From an uncultured virus (IMG/VR IMGVR_UViG_3300006868_000018) (lineage: Duplodnaviria; Heunggongvirae; Uroviricota; Caudoviricetes): a stretch of DNA of 64,000 nt. Both the position numbers and the translations under genes were made by a program. Positions 1 to 9,458 of this stretch are shown here, piece by piece; positions within the stretch are counted from its first letter, which is position 1; every line of letters starts with the position of its first letter. A model generated the notes under the pieces. It did not search any database, was not told where the DNA came from, and saw only the letters and a list, made by a program, of their open reading frames with translations. The DNA is taken from IMG/VR virus record IMGVR_UViG_3300006868_000018, positions 1 to 64,000 of that record; one strand, 5' to 3'.

Positions 1-386
1 ATGTTCTTATATCCACCGCAGCGTCTGGAGGCGGTACAGTTCTTGCTGATATTGGCGTTATTGGTAGCGGGACAACTACTGGTTTGGGTCAAACTCAACT
101 TGCACTTTATACAATACCAGCTGGAAAAACTGGTTATCTCACTACTTGGAACATAGGTGTAGCACCAATGAATAATGCTGTCACAGTGACTTTACTAGCA
201 AGAGAACTAGATGGTAGTGCACCATTTAGATCAAAGGATATTGCTGATATCGTAGGCGGATATACTACTCAGAATTATTCGATTCCCTTGCGTTTTCCAG
301 AAAAAACTGATATTGAAGTGAGAGGAACTGGTGACACTGGTTCAGTTATTTCATCTTCTTTTGATATTATACTAGTAGATAACTAA
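1..386 (+). CDS. Phage hypothetical, possibly structural protein; 5'-truncated by the window edge
   Basis: The frame of ORF 84..386 is open back to base 3 (VLISTAASGGGTVLADIG...); G/T-rich sequence. Confidence 0.6.
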   Translation, partial: VLISTAASGGGTVLADIGVIGSGTTTGLGQTQLALYTIPAGKTGYLTTWNIGVAPMNNAVTVTLLARELDGSAPFRSKDIADIVGGYTTQNYSIPLRFPEKTDIEVRGTGDTGSVISSSFDIILVDN

Positions 387-398
387 ACGAGTTTGTGA

Positions 399-1124
399 AT
401 GATTATATCATATAGTAATGATTTTGTTTTAGTGAGAATACCAAAGACCGCATCGACTACATGTGTAGCGGGACTCTACGATATGGGTGCGGTTGTTGAG
501 TCAGAAGGTGATCTATGTCCGGGCGTGGAAGCGTCTATGGAATATGAGTCCGAAGATTCGACTAGAAGTGGTGTTAACTGGGGAAGTTGGATTACTGGGG
601 TCACTGAAATATTAGATCCCAATATGTACTGCCGCGAAGACCCTAGACACAGACAACTGTATAGACAACATGTCTGGCACACTGGGTTTCATAGGTTGGT
701 TGAAGTTGGATTGGTGGATGAAGATATGCCTTGCGTATCAACAATCCGTCATCCTGTAGATAGGTTCTTATCTATCAATGCATTTCTGGGTAAACACACA
801 CGTGTGCCAGAACGCGATCCCAACAGTACGTGGGATCAATATAAAAACGGAGATGAAGTATTTGGAATGTGGGAGAACATGTTTCGATTACATCAAGACT
901 ACTATGTTCCCGAACATGCCACGTTATGGAACATAGAAAACCTTTACGATTGGATGAAAAGGTTTGCAAAAGAAAAAGGGTTAGTGTATAAAGAACCAAT
1001 CTATTTTAAGAACAACAAGAAGTACAGGACAGTATCGTTGACTTCAGATAGAGAACAGGAAATCTTGGACCACTTTGAAAAAGATTTCTTGTTATGGGAA
1101 CAGGCATTTAGAGAGTTTAACTAA
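399..1124 (+). CDS. Sulfotransferase family 2-like protein
   Basis: N-terminal VRIPKTASTT (5'-PSB-like) and STIRHPVDRFLS (3'-PB-like) motifs. Confidence 0.7.
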   Translation: MIISYSNDFVLVRIPKTASTTCVAGLYDMGAVVESEGDLCPGVEASMEYESEDSTRSGVNWGSWITGVTEILDPNMYCREDPRHRQLYRQHVWHTGFHRLVEVGLVDEDMPCVSTIRHPVDRFLSINAFLGKHTRVPERDPNSTWDQYKNGDEVFGMWENMFRLHQDYYVPEHATLWNIENLYDWMKRFAKEKGLVYKEPIYFKNNKKYRTVSLTSDREQEILDHFEKDFLLWEQAFREFN

Positions 1125-2347
1125 TGGAAGATTTTTTAGGGTTCATCACAGAACAGAAAAATACTCACATGACTCACATTGAGGACAGGGTTCTTTATGG
1201 TGGAGTCAAGGGTACACGTGAGGCCATCTTCGCACTTCGTAACATGCGAGATATGTTGGCGGGGAAGAAAGAAGGTAAGGTATCTGTGAAGTGGGACGGT
1301 GCACCCGCAATCTTTTGTGGCGAAGACCCCAATGACGGAAAGTTTTTTGTTGCGAAGAAAGGTATCTTTGCGAAGAACCCAAAAATCTATAAGACCGATG
1401 CTGAGATTGATGCTGACATGTCTGGTGACCTTGCAACCAAGATGAAGGCCGCCCTTCGGTATCTACCGGATCTGGGTATCACTGGAGTCATACAGGGAGA
1501 CTTCCTATTTGGGCCAGGCGACATAACCACAAAAACTATTGATGGTACAACGTACAAGGTTTTCCATCCAAACACGATTGTCTATGCAGTTCCGGTTGGT
1601 CAAGCCGGTCCTATCATGTCTGCGAAGATTGGTATTGTGTGGCATACAACCTACACGGGGACTTCGTTTGAAAACATGAGAGCGTCCTACGGTGTGGACG
1701 TATCGAAGTTTAAAAAGTCTACCGCAGTTTGGTCTCAGGACGCAATGTTGCGTGATGTAACCAAGGCGACAATGACCGCCGAAGAGACCGAAGAGGTTAA
1801 CGGATACCTAAGTACTGCGGGTTCGATATTCGCCAGTATCTCTGGTACTACCCTTCGACAACTGGAGGCAGATGAAGAACTCGCAAAGTTGATTGAACAG
1901 TACAACAACACTTTTGTTAGGAGGGGTGCAATCATTGGTGATACTACTCGACACACCAATGGACTGATCAAATGGATCAGGGATAAATTTAAGGCGGAGA
2001 TGGCGAAGAGAAGTTCCGCACGTGGTAAGAAGACCCAACAGGATAAGTTAGATGCAATCATGAAGTTCTTCTCTGCAACGAATAAAACTAACCTAATAAA
2101 AATGTTCGAATTGCAAAAAGTCATTGTTTTAGCGAAACTAAAACTTATAAATAAACTTAATAGACTAAAGTCAATTGATACTTTTGTCCAAACTCGAAAG
2201 GGTTATCAAGTAACCGGAGAAGAAGGTTACGTGGCAATTGACCGTCTTGGTGGTGATGCGGTGAAATTGGTTGATCGTATGGAGTTCTCCTACAACAACT
2301 TTTCACCAGATGTTATTAAGGGATGGGATAAACCAACGAGGAATTAA
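1124..2347 (+). CDS. Conserved T4-like phage protein with ATP-dependent ligase-like nucleotidyltransferase motifs (DUF6267-like, from recall)
   Basis: SVKWDGAP (KxDG), IQGDFL, EEGYVAID and AVKLV occur in ligase motif order; N-terminus MEDFLGFITE. Confidence 0.6.
   Translation: MEDFLGFITEQKNTHMTHIEDRVLYGGVKGTREAIFALRNMRDMLAGKKEGKVSVKWDGAPAIFCGEDPNDGKFFVAKKGIFAKNPKIYKTDAEIDADMSGDLATKMKAALRYLPDLGITGVIQGDFLFGPGDITTKTIDGTTYKVFHPNTIVYAVPVGQAGPIMSAKIGIVWHTTYTGTSFENMRASYGVDVSKFKKSTAVWSQDAMLRDVTKATMTAEETEEVNGYLSTAGSIFASISGTTLRQLEADEELAKLIEQYNNTFVRRGAIIGDTTRHTNGLIKWIRDKFKAEMAKRSSARGKKTQQDKLDAIMKFFSATNKTNLIKMFELQKVIVLAKLKLINKLNRLKSIDTFVQTRKGYQVTGEEGYVAIDRLGGDAVKLVDRMEFSYNNFSPDVIKGWDKPTRN
2146..2153 (+). 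promoter_or_regulatory. T4-type late promoter TATAAATA, internal to a CDS
   Basis: Exact gp55 consensus about 200 nt upstream of ORF 2351. Confidence 0.55.
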
Positions 2348-2350
2348 ACG

Positions 2351-2800
2351 ATGGCGAAGCCATTAGGATTTAAACAATTCGTATCTACAGATACTACTAT
2401 GTCTGGTGATGACGAACTCGCATATCAAGCGAAGAAACGTCGAGGACATATTCCTACAGGGAACACAGGTGAGGCAGTAGATATGCAGACCCGCCGCAAG
2501 ATGGCGCGGGCGATGAAAAAGAATAAGGCGAAAATCGCAATGGGTCGTAAACGTGCGGCCCGCAAGATTGCAAATCAAGAAGTCCTTATGAAACGGGCCC
2601 GCAAGGCGGCACGTAACGCATTCGCAAAGAAAATCACAAAGAACCTTTCTAAGTCTGACTTGACCTATGCACGGCGTCAAGAGATTGAGAAGCGTCTAGA
2701 TAAAATGAAACCAAAGATTGACAAACTTGCGAGAAAACTCCTACCCCAAATGAGGAAGAAGGAACTCGAAAGGAAGCGTGGCGGAAACAAAGATGATTAA
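2351..2800 (+). CDS. Basic hypothetical protein, putative internal head protein
   Basis: Very K/R-rich; N-terminal GFKQFV is capsid-targeting-like. Confidence 0.6.
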   Translation: MAKPLGFKQFVSTDTTMSGDDELAYQAKKRRGHIPTGNTGEAVDMQTRRKMARAMKKNKAKIAMGRKRAARKIANQEVLMKRARKAARNAFAKKITKNLSKSDLTYARRQEIEKRLDKMKPKIDKLARKLLPQMRKKELERKRGGNKDD

Positions 2801-4283
2801 GAATTTCTCACAATATCTGGTCGAAGAGGAACGTGAAGTTTATTTTACCTTTGGTAGAATGAACCCGCCTACTATCGGTCACGGTAAAGTGATGGATACC
2901 CTTGCAACCAAATCAGGCAAGGCAGACTACAAGGTATATCTGTCTCAGGTGTCCAATCCAAAGAAAGACCCCCTCTCATATTCAGACAAAGTTAAACACG
3001 TCCGTAAGATGTTTCCTACACACGCACGTAGTGTTATGATCGACAAGAACGTTAAGAACGTATTCGACGTTGCCTCTAGACTTTACGATCAGGGATACAA
3101 GAAGGTTACGATGGTTGTCGGTGATGACCGTGTGCGTGAGTTCGAAGTACTCCTGAACAAGTACAATGGTACGAAGGCGCGTCACGGGTTCTACAACTTC
3201 CAGTCAATCAGAGTTGTGTCTGCGGGTAAACGCGATCCGGATGCGGAAGGTGTGGAAGGTATGTCCGCATCGAAACAGCGTGAGAACGCATCCAAGAACG
3301 ATTTCGTTACCTTCGCACAAGGCGTACCCAAGTCCATGTCTAACAAGGACGCACGTAAACTATTCAATGACGTGCGTAAGGGTATGGGTCTCAAAGAAGA
3401 GCGTTCGTTCAAGAACCATGTTGAACTCGTTCCTGTTTCCGAAACAAGAGAACAGTATGTTCAGGGAGAACTATATGGTATCGGCGATCAAGTCGTTATC
3501 AAAGAAACTGATGAAGTGGGTACAGTCTCAATGCTCGGGGCCAATTATGTTATCGTCGAACGCACAGATGGCACTCGACTACGCAAATGGTTGGATGCAG
3601 TCGAACTCGTCGAAAAAGGATCAGGAAAGAATCAAGACCCTGACATTAAAGACAGAGAGGGAACCCAACCCGCAAGGTATCACGCAGGACTAGAAAAGTC
3701 CACCAAGGCGAAAAGAGACGCACACTTCAAGAAACACGGTAAGAAAGACGATGATGATGCTTCTGCCTACAAACCCGCGCCTGGCGATAAGACCGCCAAG
3801 ACTAAACCTTCTAAGTACACCAAGGCGTTCAAGGACATGTACGATGAAGATTCTTGGGACAGGTACAAAAAGGATCTGGATGAGATGCCACGTTGGATGA
3901 TAGACGCTATTGGTGATAAGGTTAATCCAAAAACTTACAAGGCCGCTCTAGATACTCTCAAAGACGTTGTGACTCGTAAGAAGAAAGAGTCTGGTGGTAA
4001 ACTCAGACATGACGTTGGGTATTATGCCGCCACTATTGGAAGACAATACAATGGTGTTGATGCGAGAGTGTTGGCGCGCCTCTACAAGAAATCTGTTACC
4101 GAAGTCGCCGCACCTCGTGGGTCAGATCCAGTAGTTATTGCGAAGGCGAGGATCCGTAGAGAGAAGGATGCAGATCGTAAGAAACACGATAGACTTCTCG
4201 ACACCGCAAGGTCCGCAAAAGCCCGTGCATCTAATGCAAACCGTAGTGCAAGAACACAGTCTAAGAACAGGAACACACAATGA
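2793..4283 (+). CDS. HxGH cytidylyltransferase-like nucleotidyltransferase with appended basic modules
   Basis: FTFGRMNPPTIGH and GMSASKQR motifs; likely start ATG 2793 (MIKNFSQYLVEE). Confidence 0.8.
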   Translation: MIKNFSQYLVEEEREVYFTFGRMNPPTIGHGKVMDTLATKSGKADYKVYLSQVSNPKKDPLSYSDKVKHVRKMFPTHARSVMIDKNVKNVFDVASRLYDQGYKKVTMVVGDDRVREFEVLLNKYNGTKARHGFYNFQSIRVVSAGKRDPDAEGVEGMSASKQRENASKNDFVTFAQGVPKSMSNKDARKLFNDVRKGMGLKEERSFKNHVELVPVSETREQYVQGELYGIGDQVVIKETDEVGTVSMLGANYVIVERTDGTRLRKWLDAVELVEKGSGKNQDPDIKDREGTQPARYHAGLEKSTKAKRDAHFKKHGKKDDDDASAYKPAPGDKTAKTKPSKYTKAFKDMYDEDSWDRYKKDLDEMPRWMIDAIGDKVNPKTYKAALDTLKDVVTRKKKESGGKLRHDVGYYAATIGRQYNGVDARVLARLYKKSVTEVAAPRGSDPVVIAKARIRREKDADRKKHDRLLDTARSAKARASNANRSARTQSKNRNTQ

Positions 4284-4528
4284 GACGTTACTCTCTTTGG
4301 GATAGTTTAGGTAGTTTGGAAGAAGGTCCGGATGGTATCGCCGCGAAGGCGAAGAAGTCTGGTATCTCTCCTAAAACACTTAAGAAAGTTTATAATCGTG
4401 GGGTTGCCGCATGGAAGACCGGACACCGGCCTGGGACAACACCGCAACAGTGGGGGATGGCGCGAGTGAATGCGTTCATCGTTAAAAAGAAAAAGGGCAC
4501 ATTAAATCACGATAAGGATCTCGCATGA
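4280..4528 (+). CDS. Conserved small viral protein (DUF5824 C-terminal-like, from recall)
   Basis: VYNRGVAAWKTGHRPGTTPQQWGMARVNAF motif. Confidence 0.7.
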   Translation: MRRYSLWDSLGSLEEGPDGIAAKAKKSGISPKTLKKVYNRGVAAWKTGHRPGTTPQQWGMARVNAFIVKKKKGTLNHDKDLA

Positions 4529-6174
4529 TTAATTTTAAAGAGTTGCGGGAGAAGACTCTGACCCCCGCAGAGAAAAAGAAAAGAGAAGAGATTGCGAAGG
4601 CAATTGAGAAAGACGATCCTAAGATGTCGATGGACAAGAAGATGGCCATCGCTACTGCGACTGCGAAAAGAGTTGCAGAGGGTTTCACTCCTAAAGAAAT
4701 CAAGATGGCAATCGGTGTTGCATCTGATAAACGATATGCGGGTGGTAACTACTCTGGTGCGGTCAAGGCAATCGAAAAGATCAAGAAGGGTCTATCTAAA
4801 CATAGTCAAGTAGCGGCAGTTCTCCGAAGACAGAATGAGTCAACAGAACTTGTTTCTGAAGCGGTAGACTACTTCAAGGTCGCAAAGGCATTCGATGACT
4901 ATGCAAAGAAGCATGGTGGTATCGACAAGAAGGACTTCATGAAGGTCGGTCAGTTTGTACGTCAACTTGGTAAAGAGTCGGACGTGAACAAACAGGACAA
5001 AACGTTCGTAGCGATGAAGAAGTTTATTGGTGCAATGGACACTGACCCCCGTGATGGCGTAATCCAAATCTTGCAGAAGCATGGTATGTGGAAGGGTGGT
5101 CGGATCATGCGTGAAGAAAAGGAAGGTATTTCTTTCTTTTCGTTGAGAGAAAAGAGAGATGCTGGTAAGTCTGCGACTGGGTATGACATTTATCACGATA
5201 CGTATTCTGCGGCAATGCAACATGCATATGCACACGCCAAGAAGAAACATGGTGTGACCGTTCGTCCTAGTGAGATCGACGATAAGGTCGCAACCGGACC
5301 TAAGAAACCGTCCACTGGTAAGACCGTAAAACATATTCTCAAAACAGACTCTAAGAAAAACCTTCACGTTCAGGTGTACAACACTGGTCGTAAGTACGAG
5401 TTGAATATGTACGTTGAGTCAGTAGAACTCAACGAGGCGGTTGCGATGCCTCGCAAACAGTTTGATACTCTGAGGAAGGGTGACAAGGTTACTATCACTT
5501 ATGACTCATCGATCCGTAAGGGTACAACTACAACCTTCGTTGTGAAGGGTAAGTCACGTAGTGCCAAGTACAACGTAGATAAGGTCACCATGCACCCCGA
5601 AGGTAAACCATCCGGAATGAAGTATTACCTCTACAGTAGAGATGGTAAGGACGCAACACTTGCACTGGGTGACATGGGTGCAACCATGACTAAGATTGTC
5701 AAGGAGGCGGTATCACCCGCACAACAGGCAGCGATTGCAATCTCTAAGAAAGAGAAGGGTGAGAAACCCGTGAAAGAAGAGAAGGTCGAATGTCCTAAGT
5801 GTAAGGGTGATGGTTGTTCTCATTGTGATAACAAGGGTTATCACGTCGAGAGTGCACGTTCTATGGCGATGCGAGATATCTCTAGAGACAAAGACTTCCA
5901 AGACAAAGATGATGAGAAGGATGTCAAGGCAACCGATGATGACCGCAAGGCCGCAGACAAGAATATCATCATGCAGATCCGTAGAGTCTCAGATCTACCA
6001 AAGGGTGGGACTCTAGAATTCAAGGACGGTAAGAAGGTGAAGATTAGTCAGAAAATTGCAAAACAAATCTCTGACAAGTTCAACAGTATACGCAAACCGC
6101 AGGACAAGAAGAAGTTCCAAGACATGGCGCAGACTTCCATGAACGGACTCAAACAGGCACTAAGGATCCGATAA
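4525..6174 (+). CDS. Modular basic putative internal head protein
   Basis: MINFKELRE start; short modules separated by [LIVM]-x-E sites; CPKCKGDGCSHC Zn-finger module. Confidence 0.65.
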   Translation: MINFKELREKTLTPAEKKKREEIAKAIEKDDPKMSMDKKMAIATATAKRVAEGFTPKEIKMAIGVASDKRYAGGNYSGAVKAIEKIKKGLSKHSQVAAVLRRQNESTELVSEAVDYFKVAKAFDDYAKKHGGIDKKDFMKVGQFVRQLGKESDVNKQDKTFVAMKKFIGAMDTDPRDGVIQILQKHGMWKGGRIMREEKEGISFFSLREKRDAGKSATGYDIYHDTYSAAMQHAYAHAKKKHGVTVRPSEIDDKVATGPKKPSTGKTVKHILKTDSKKNLHVQVYNTGRKYELNMYVESVELNEAVAMPRKQFDTLRKGDKVTITYDSSIRKGTTTTFVVKGKSRSAKYNVDKVTMHPEGKPSGMKYYLYSRDGKDATLALGDMGATMTKIVKEAVSPAQQAAIAISKKEKGEKPVKEEKVECPKCKGDGCSHCDNKGYHVESARSMAMRDISRDKDFQDKDDEKDVKATDDDRKAADKNIIMQIRRVSDLPKGGTLEFKDGKKVKISQKIAKQISDKFNSIRKPQDKKKFQDMAQTSMNGLKQALRIR

Positions 6175-6374
6175 TGAACACCATCGATCAGATCAAAGAC
6201 ATCGTAAAGACCAAAGGCGCCAAGAAGGTAGATGGAGTCATGATTGATCTATTTACCGCATCTGCAATTTCTCAGATTTATGACAAGGTGAACGATGCCA
6301 ATAAACAAAAGATGCAGAAGATGAAGGCGACTCAACTCGCCAACGCTGCATACAAGATTATGCAGAGAAAGTAA
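6174..6374 (+). CDS. Small basic hypothetical protein
   Basis: Stop/start coupled to both neighbours. Confidence 0.65.
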   Translation: MNTIDQIKDIVKTKGAKKVDGVMIDLFTASAISQIYDKVNDANKQKMQKMKATQLANAAYKIMQRK

Positions 6375-6892
6375 TGAAGACATTCAACGAACATTGCGAG
6401 TGTGGTTCTCACTCCGATCTTGTAGAGAACAATATATACAGAGTTGGTTCTGAGATGTACTTCGCATACTGGAGAGACATCCGCGAACAGTGGAAGAAGG
6501 GCGAGGTCACAGTCAACCCATCTGAGGTGGACATTATGGAATCTGACCTTGGTAATTTTGGAGTGTATGATGGCCAGAACGTTGCGTTGGACTGTATCTT
6601 CGAAGAGGGGGATAAGAAGACCCCCGAACTTAACAAACCAAAGGCGGGGGGCCCGAAGAAGTACTACGTCTACGTTAAAGACCCTTCGACGGGAAATATC
6701 AAGAAGGTATCTTGGGGTGACACTACAGGACTCAAGGTCAAGTTGAATGACCCCGCTGCACGTAAATCATTCGCTGCGCGACACAAGTGTGCACAACAAA
6801 ACGATAAGACGAAGGCCGCCTACTGGGCATGTCGCCTTCCCCGTTATGCAAAACAATTGGGGTTGAGTGGTGGCGGATCGTTCTTCTGGTAA
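6374..6892 (+). CDS. Conserved phage protein, putative internal head protein
   Basis: MKTFNEH start; C-terminal KKVSWGD...ARKSFAARHKC...AAYWAC domain typical of T4-like aquatic phages. Confidence 0.7.
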   Translation: MKTFNEHCECGSHSDLVENNIYRVGSEMYFAYWRDIREQWKKGEVTVNPSEVDIMESDLGNFGVYDGQNVALDCIFEEGDKKTPELNKPKAGGPKKYYVYVKDPSTGNIKKVSWGDTTGLKVKLNDPAARKSFAARHKCAQQNDKTKAAYWACRLPRYAKQLGLSGGGSFFW

Positions 6893-7154
6893 ACCCTACG
6901 TAGATTTCAAGATGATGAACGGAGACACCCTTCGTTTATTTCGAAAGGAAATATGTGAGGAAGATTTAATTTGGCATCGTGATCTGCATGATCGTGATGT
7001 TAAAGTAGAAGACTGTGTTGGATGGAAATTCCAACTGGACAACGAGTTACCTGTCGATTTAAATATCGGCGACAGGTTTAGGATTCCAAAGATGACCTAT
7101 CATCGTGTTATAAAAGGTGATAGTGACCTTCTTTTGAGAATAAGAGATATATAA
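6867..7154 (+). CDS. Small cupin-like protein
   Basis: WHRD...WKFQLDNELP...IPKMTYHRVIKG double-His pattern; start uncertain. Confidence 0.6.
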   Translation: MVADRSSGKPYVDFKMMNGDTLRLFRKEICEEDLIWHRDLHDRDVKVEDCVGWKFQLDNELPVDLNIGDRFRIPKMTYHRVIKGDSDLLLRIRDI

Positions 7155-7157
7155 ATA
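7150..7157 (+). promoter_or_regulatory. T4-type late promoter TATAAATA
   Basis: Exact consensus 36 nt upstream of ATG 7194. Confidence 0.8.
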
Positions 7158-7193
7158 GATGTAGCAACTAACGTTTATTTCTATGGGGCGAAC

Positions 7194-7481
7194 ATGGCAA
7201 CACGAATAACACAATCTCAACGGTTAGACCGCATTGAAGACAAGATTGATAAACTGTCTGATGCGATGATTTCTATTGCGAGAGCGGAAGAGAAGTTGAT
7301 TGCAATAGAGAATAACAATCACGCTAACTACGATAGGATGAATCGATTCTCTCAGAAGTTAGATGAGTTAACCGTTAAGGTTGATGACAACGCTCGCACT
7401 GTCACGATTGTCAATAGGGTTGCGTTAGTTATCGGTACTGCGATAGTAGGTGCCATTATTAAATTTTTCTGGTTCATGTAA
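7194..7481 (+). CDS. Coiled-coil protein with C-terminal transmembrane helix (holin-like candidate)
   Basis: RLDRIEDKIDKL heptads plus hydrophobic VALVIGTAIVGAIIKFFWF. Confidence 0.6.
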   Translation: MATRITQSQRLDRIEDKIDKLSDAMISIARAEEKLIAIENNNHANYDRMNRFSQKLDELTVKVDDNARTVTIVNRVALVIGTAIVGAIIKFFWFM

Positions 7482-7492
7482 CGGAGACTACC

Positions 7493-8122
7493 ATGAGAAC
7501 TGAAGACATTAAAAGACTGGCAGAGGCATGGCAAGAAGTTGTCTCTGAAAAGAAATTAGATCCAGTCGATGACAAAGAGAACGATAAAAAGTTCAAAGAT
7601 CGTAAGGACAAAGACATCGACAATGATGGCGATGTGGATGATTCTGACGAATACCTTCACAAGAGACGCGCCGCTACCGACGATGCAATTGATGCACGTG
7701 ACGGTAAGAAGGACGATGATGAGGGTGATGAGAAAGAAGACCCCAAGAAGAAAAAGAAGGTCGCAGGGAATGACGGTGAGAAGACTGCCGAGATTTCTAA
7801 GATCGGTGAGAAGAAACACACCGTAAAGAAAGAAGACGTTGATGTATTGATCGACGCCCTCGAAGAAGCGTCCAAGAAAGATCAGACTAAAGGTGCAACC
7901 GAACCCGAAGGTATCATGGATAAGGAATCACCCAAGTCCAAAGAGTTCGCTGACAAACATAAAGTCGATGTTAAGAAACATGACGATCTGGAGAAGATTG
8001 TCCCTAACCCCAAAGTAAAGGTTAAGGAAGACAATCGTTCGTATCAACAGAAGATCATGGACATCCTGAATGGGAAGTCTTGGTCTGAGATCGCACAAGA
8101 AGTAGATCAAGTCGAGGATTAA
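7493..8122 (+). CDS. Highly charged hypothetical protein with DxDxDG motif, putative head protein
   Basis: KKLDPVD...DIDNDGDVDDSDEYLHKRR motif; GGAGA RBS. Confidence 0.65.
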   Translation: MRTEDIKRLAEAWQEVVSEKKLDPVDDKENDKKFKDRKDKDIDNDGDVDDSDEYLHKRRAATDDAIDARDGKKDDDEGDEKEDPKKKKKVAGNDGEKTAEISKIGEKKHTVKKEDVDVLIDALEEASKKDQTKGATEPEGIMDKESPKSKEFADKHKVDVKKHDDLEKIVPNPKVKVKEDNRSYQQKIMDILNGKSWSEIAQEVDQVED

Positions 8123-8124
8123 AA

Positions 8125-8439
8125 ATGGTGTCACCTCCTAACTGGTGCCGAAATGCGGTGCCTACTACTCGTGGTTGGATTGATCCTACTACTGGGGAAC
8201 TTTTGAAATCACAACGTATGACTCTGGGTGAGATTGAAGATTATCTGGGTCAACGTACTGGTCCGGTTGTAACGGAACAGGTGGTTCATGAGGAACCTCA
8301 GATGTTGCATGAGGCGCCTGTGGGTAACAAGTCTCTTGAAGACATGACCAAGGCAGAACTACTCGCACTGGGAGAACAAACCGGAGTACAAGTAAGTAAG
8401 TGGGAATCTAAATCTGTGTTGATTGAAAAGTTGTTGTAA
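8125..8439 (+). CDS. Conserved T4-like hypothetical protein
   Basis: AVPTTRGWIDPTTGELL motif; C-terminal small helical SAP/HeH-like segment. Confidence 0.65.
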   Translation: MVSPPNWCRNAVPTTRGWIDPTTGELLKSQRMTLGEIEDYLGQRTGPVVTEQVVHEEPQMLHEAPVGNKSLEDMTKAELLALGEQTGVQVSKWESKSVLIEKLL

Positions 8440-8484
8440 CCCCTATATAAGGGATAGAATTAATTTATCCCACACAGGTATATT

Positions 8485-8859
8485 ATGGATTTAGAACTTA
8501 CACCGAACAATGTTGTTTTGTATGCAGCGAAGAACTACTATACTCCGAACTGCATTGACAGTGAACAGTTCTTCGAAGACCTGAAACGGTTCAAATATGT
8601 TAAACGTCTCCTGAACCGTTACAGAGACTCCGGAGAACTCTCAGAGAGATTGATCTTGAATCATCTCATTGTAATCTTTAATGTGTTCGGGATAAGTGCC
8701 GGACTGAAGATATTAGAATTAAAAATCGACGAGGAACATTGGCCTGCACTCAAACCTTTTCTAATTTTCCTTAAGTCGATTGACTACGATGGTTATCCAG
8801 ACGTTATAATGGATGACCTCGCAGTACAAAGGTTAAGAGAAATTAAGAGGATCACATAA
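8485..8859 (+). CDS. Conserved T4-like hypothetical protein
   Basis: EDLKRFKYVKRLL...ERLILNHLIVIFNVFG, a family common in T4-like genomes. Confidence 0.75.
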   Translation: MDLELTPNNVVLYAAKNYYTPNCIDSEQFFEDLKRFKYVKRLLNRYRDSGELSERLILNHLIVIFNVFGISAGLKILELKIDEEHWPALKPFLIFLKSIDYDGYPDVIMDDLAVQRLREIKRIT

Positions 8860-9458
8860 TGGGAATTCTAAAAAGTGCTGCCGATCTGGTCTACACGATT
8901 AGATTCCTAAAACTCCTTGTAACCAAGTGGGAAGATACTGGTGCATACAAGGCGGGTATTATCAACTCAGACGGTTCTCGTAACAAAGATTTCAACACAA
9001 ATTCTATGGACGATAGGAAAGCGTATGAGGAACATTATACGATGTTCCATCGTCTTGTCTACAACATCAAAAGACTTATGACCAAAGTTCCTGGCGGACA
9101 ATCCGTGGTTGCACGGTATGGTGCCGCACTTCTATTGATCAAGGAACATGGTGAACTGTCTGATGATCAGATTGAAAAGATACACAAGGAGACTGGAATA
9201 GACATCCTTGATGTACTCTCTGAGGAAACTCAGTGGTTCATGATTGAAGGGGATCACCTCTCGCCTGGCGTGTATAGAATGAAGAACGATAGTATGACCT
9301 GTTTGGGTCATGAGTCCGTTGAACGTGGAGACCAGATAAGAGTCGAAGAGGAGTGCAATGGTCCCATAGATGAAATTCTTGGTTTGAAAATATATCAGGC
9401 TACACATCTTAAAACTCGTCAACGCATATATATTTCTACCGGAGAAATTCTTAGATGA
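8859..9458 (+). CDS. Conserved T4-like hypothetical protein
   Basis: DLVYTIRFLKLLVTKWEDTGAYKAGII motif. Confidence 0.75.
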   Translation: MGILKSAADLVYTIRFLKLLVTKWEDTGAYKAGIINSDGSRNKDFNTNSMDDRKAYEEHYTMFHRLVYNIKRLMTKVPGGQSVVARYGAALLLIKEHGELSDDQIEKIHKETGIDILDVLSEETQWFMIEGDHLSPGVYRMKNDSMTCLGHESVERGDQIRVEEECNGPIDEILGLKIYQATHLKTRQRIYISTGEILR

